The notes beneath the pieces were generated by a model that was not told the DNA's origin, made no database searches, and was given only the letters and a program-made list of their open reading frames with translations. From Promethearchaeota archaeon (GTDB lineage Archaea > Asgardarchaeota > Lokiarchaeia > Sigyniarchaeales > SOKP01), in the NCBI GenBank assembly GCA_019058245.1, contig JAHPZJ010000008.1, forward strand, positions 80,619-144,618: a stretch of DNA of 64,000 nt. Direction: 5' to 3'. The position numbers and the translations under genes were made by a program. Below, one piece after another: positions 60,928-64,000 of the stretch; the first letter of the stretch is position 1; every line of letters starts with the position of its first letter.

Positions 60928-62798
60928 ATGGATATGCAGGAAAATTTTTGGAAATAGATCTAACAAATCAAAAAGTTGAAGAAATCACATTTTCAAAGAA
61001 AATTCTTCAGGATTATATCGGAGGAAGGGGTTTAGGAGTAAAGATATTGTGGGATAGGCTTGGAGATAAGTGGGAGACGATTGATCCTCTAAGTCCTGAA
61101 AACATTTTACTCATGCTTACTGGTCCTTTTACAGGATATTTTCTTGGTGCTAGAATTTGCGTAACTGGAAAATCTCCTCAGGGCAATGGAATTATAGGTT
61201 CCACAGTCGCGGGAGAATTTGGTGTGGAATTAAAATGTGCAGGTTATGACGGAATAATTTTTACGGGAAAGGCTGAAAAACCGAGTTATGTATTTATTTG
61301 TGATGATACCATAGAGATTAAAGATGCTTCACATATATGGGGAAAAACTAGCAGAGAATCTATGCGTTACCTTGTAAAGGATTCGATTAACGATATCAAA
61401 AAGATTCATCCTAATTATGGGGAATTTAAGGAACCTTCAGTTCTTTATATAGGTCCTGCGGGAGAAAATAAATCCAGAGTAGCGGCGGTAGAAGCAAAAT
61501 ATTCACACGCTGCTGGTTATGGAGGATACGGTGGTGTAATGGGCTCTAAAAACTTGAAAGCTGTGGTTGTAAAAGGTTTTGGTCCCTTACCAGACGTGGT
61601 TGATCAGGATAAAATACTCGAGCTATCGCAGGAATTTTCAAATAATTGTTTTAATATAGAATTTTTTAGACGTTGGGGTACAGGTTCGGGAGGCTATACG
61701 TTTGGTGCGGATTCAAGTTCAGAGCCAGTTAGAAATTGGCAGGAAGAATGGCATAATGAGAAAAGTTATAGAGGCGAAGAATTCGATAAATTTTGGGTAA
61801 AAAAATACTGGGGAGATTACGGTTGTCCTGTTACGTGTCTAAAGTTAGCGGCGCTGCGAGATGGAAAATATGCTGGGGCAATCTGCGATAATCCCGATTA
61901 CGAGCTTGAAGCATTCCTGGGAACAAATTTGGGTATTTTTTCACCAGAACAGAATATTTATCTATCGTATCTAATAGAAGAATTAGGATTTTGTGGTATT
62001 CAAGGCGGTGCAATTTTAGGTTTTGCTGGAGAATTATTCCAAAGAGGTATCCTTTCAAAAGAAGATTTAGGAGGAATTAATCTTGAATGGGGAAATGTTG
62101 ATGCATTTGCAGAATTAGCAAGAAAAATTGCTTTTAGAGAAGGTATTGGTGACATACTAGCAGAAGGTCTATATCGAGCAGCTTTGAAACTTGAAGAAAT
62201 GAAAAAAATTGACGTTCTCAAATACGCTATTCATCTTAAAGGCATGGCAATCGGAGGTCACGGTCTTAAAAGCGGTAAAGATATGGTTACACGAACCTCA
62301 ATTGGATATAGTGTGTCAGTTCAAGCAGGAGACCATACATCATCAGCATCTCTTCCTATTGATGAAGATGGAAGTGAATTATACTCTATTCTGAGCGATT
62401 CTGCAGTATATTGTTTCTTTACCACCTTTAACTTAGTTTTTGATCAAATTGCAAGTTTCTATCAAGCAGTTACAGGTTGGGAATTACCAAAAGAGAGCTG
62501 GTTCAGCGAAAAAGGTTTAAGAATTTTACATTTACAAAGGATTGTGGCACTGCTTGGAGGACCAGATGCTGTATGGAGGTCAAAACAAGATGATACTCTA
62601 CCATCTAGATTTTGGGAACCTCTCCCATCGGGACCGTATAAAGGAGATTCAATAGATAAAAACACATTCGAGAAATTAAAATCTGAATATTATACAGCAG
62701 TAGGGTGGAATAATGATGGTGTACCCACTTCTGAAATATTACAAAAACTAGATTTAAAAGATGTTGAATTGAAGCTTAAAAAAGAGCATTTGTTATAA
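60921..62798 (+). CDS. Tungsten-dependent aldehyde:ferredoxin oxidoreductase family (WOR5/GOR-like large subunit)
   Basis: YIGGRGLG, KSP, AGYDG, IGPAGEN, GGVMGSKNLKAV, GCPVTC, PDYE. Confidence 0.92.
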   Translation: MVNGYAGKFLEIDLTNQKVEEITFSKKILQDYIGGRGLGVKILWDRLGDKWETIDPLSPENILLMLTGPFTGYFLGARICVTGKSPQGNGIIGSTVAGEFGVELKCAGYDGIIFTGKAEKPSYVFICDDTIEIKDASHIWGKTSRESMRYLVKDSINDIKKIHPNYGEFKEPSVLYIGPAGENKSRVAAVEAKYSHAAGYGGYGGVMGSKNLKAVVVKGFGPLPDVVDQDKILELSQEFSNNCFNIEFFRRWGTGSGGYTFGADSSSEPVRNWQEEWHNEKSYRGEEFDKFWVKKYWGDYGCPVTCLKLAALRDGKYAGAICDNPDYELEAFLGTNLGIFSPEQNIYLSYLIEELGFCGIQGGAILGFAGELFQRGILSKEDLGGINLEWGNVDAFAELARKIAFREGIGDILAEGLYRAALKLEEMKKIDVLKYAIHLKGMAIGGHGLKSGKDMVTRTSIGYSVSVQAGDHTSSASLPIDEDGSELYSILSDSAVYCFFTTFNLVFDQIASFYQAVTGWELPKESWFSEKGLRILHLQRIVALLGGPDAVWRSKQDDTLPSRFWEPLPSGPYKGDSIDKNTFEKLKSEYYTAVGWNNDGVPTSEILQKLDLKDVELKLKKEHLL

Positions 62799-62906
62799 TC
62801 TCAAAAGTAAATTCAGAGTCTAATTTCAATAAAAGTTCTCTTATTTTTCTAATTTTATATGATTTTTCAAGATAATCTCATCTAATAATTTTACGAGTTT
62901 TAGGAG

Positions 62907-63692
62907 TTATTCCCGTTTTATTAAGGATTTACGCTTTTCTGGATAAGCTATTTCAGGTCGTTTTATAATAAAAGATTCATCAAGATCTTTAGCCATACGA
63001 ATCGCAATCTCATATGGAATACCCATTGATAAGTAATTCAGGGGAAACCAATAATTTCCAGTAGGATCAGTTGGTCCAATAATAATACTACCCTTTGGAC
63101 CATTTGCTGCCATTCCTGCGGGATATGTTACAAAAGAAGAACAGGAAGGTCCCCATGGTAATTGAATTGTAAATGAGTCTTTTGGCCGAAAATGCGCCAA
63201 TGAGCATAAATTCCTTATTTGCTCAGAATTTCCAAAACAAAGGAACGATTTTACATCAAAATCCAGTTCATCTACAGATTCACATTTTCGAATTACAATG
63301 TAATTACTGAGTGGTGTAATTCTGCCAACTGAATTTAATTGCTTTTCAGAGAGATCTGGATTCGCTATTAAATATTCAGCAGCTCCACCCCTAAAATCTT
63401 CTGAACCTGTAGACAAAAAATATTTTAACATCGGTAGAAAAGGCTTATATCCAAACCACGCTTGCCCCCCAGGACAGCACCCATCTAATACTCCATTTCC
63501 AATATACACCGAATTGATATTTTTATTAACTGATAAATCAAAAATCGCATTCGCGATACATCGATTTATTTCTTTTATGGGAACCGCACTCTCGGGAATT
63601 ATCTCTGACCCATAAATGCATAATGGACTTGCTTTTAACCTACCTGCTTGAGTTAACTTGAGTCCAATTTCTCGAATTATTAAATTTTCCAT
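62907..63692 (-). CDS. DUF169-family protein
   Basis: C.A, GCCPGG..WFG, EQIRNL..L, PWGPSC, IGPTDP. Confidence 0.75.
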   Translation of the reverse strand: MENLIIREIGLKLTQAGRLKASPLCIYGSEIIPESAVPIKEINRCIANAIFDLSVNKNINSVYIGNGVLDGCCPGGQAWFGYKPFLPMLKYFLSTGSEDFRGGAAEYLIANPDLSEKQLNSVGRITPLSNYIVIRKCESVDELDFDVKSFLCFGNSEQIRNLCSLAHFRPKDSFTIQLPWGPSCSSFVTYPAGMAANGPKGSIIIGPTDPTGNYWFPLNYLSMGIPYEIAIRMAKDLDESFIIKRPEIAYPEKRKSLIKRE

Positions 63693-64000
63693 AATTATCT
63701 ATTTTTAATATTAATGACATATAAAGAATGTTGATATTTTGGATAAAACACCAAATATAGATTTAAAACCGTATATAAGTCAATTTGATTATTTGAAGAT
63801 ATATACAATAATACTTGAAACGGTTATGGTTTTAAATTAAAGAAAGAAGCTTCCTTTCACTCATTAAACCTAAATATCTTTTGATTATAAATTGTTGAAG
63901 AGAATCTCGAGAAATTATGTTTTTAAAGTATTTTTAAACAAGCAATCGTGAAATAACCGAATATCAAAAATTAACTACTAATAGAAGAATATTTATCTCC

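Noticed and set aside
1069-62665. Many short antisense or overlapping ORFs in the track (e.g. 1069, 2959, 7108, 15187, 23183, 51686, 57845, 62000)
   Set aside because: They are shadows of well-supported genes on the opposite strand or in another frame, with no motifs

Overview
AT-rich archaeal chromosome segment, very probably an Asgard archaeon of the Lokiarchaeia. Support: an archaeal histone and TFB, a profilin-fold protein, a Rab-like GTPase, an Arf-like GTPase domain, GPP34, WD40 and LRR proteins, Loki-CTERM-like surface proteins and GGTGA ribosome-binding sites. Most of the roughly 60 CDS are scattered metabolic, redox, transport and regulatory genes (GH3, CysE/CysK, LDH, FprA, hemerythrin, tandem ferritin, WOR5-like AOR, ABC exporters). 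I saw no rRNA, tRNA, CRISPR array or transposase. The best candidate for a novel system is a 1130-aa protein (42179-45571). It joins an Arf-like GTPase, flanked by two longin/uDENN-like domains, to a PAS-PAS-GAF module and a catalytically degenerate histidine-kinase-like tail. Other highlights: a profilin with a C-terminal extension; three genes (TFB, an aldo/keto reductase, a small Zn-finger ORF) that appear to start at ATA behind a Shine-Dalgarno motif and were truncated or missed by the ORF track; and several intergenic gene remnants (LuxE, ILVBL-like, MFS, methyltransferase). All family assignments come from motif recognition and recalled consensus, not from database searches.
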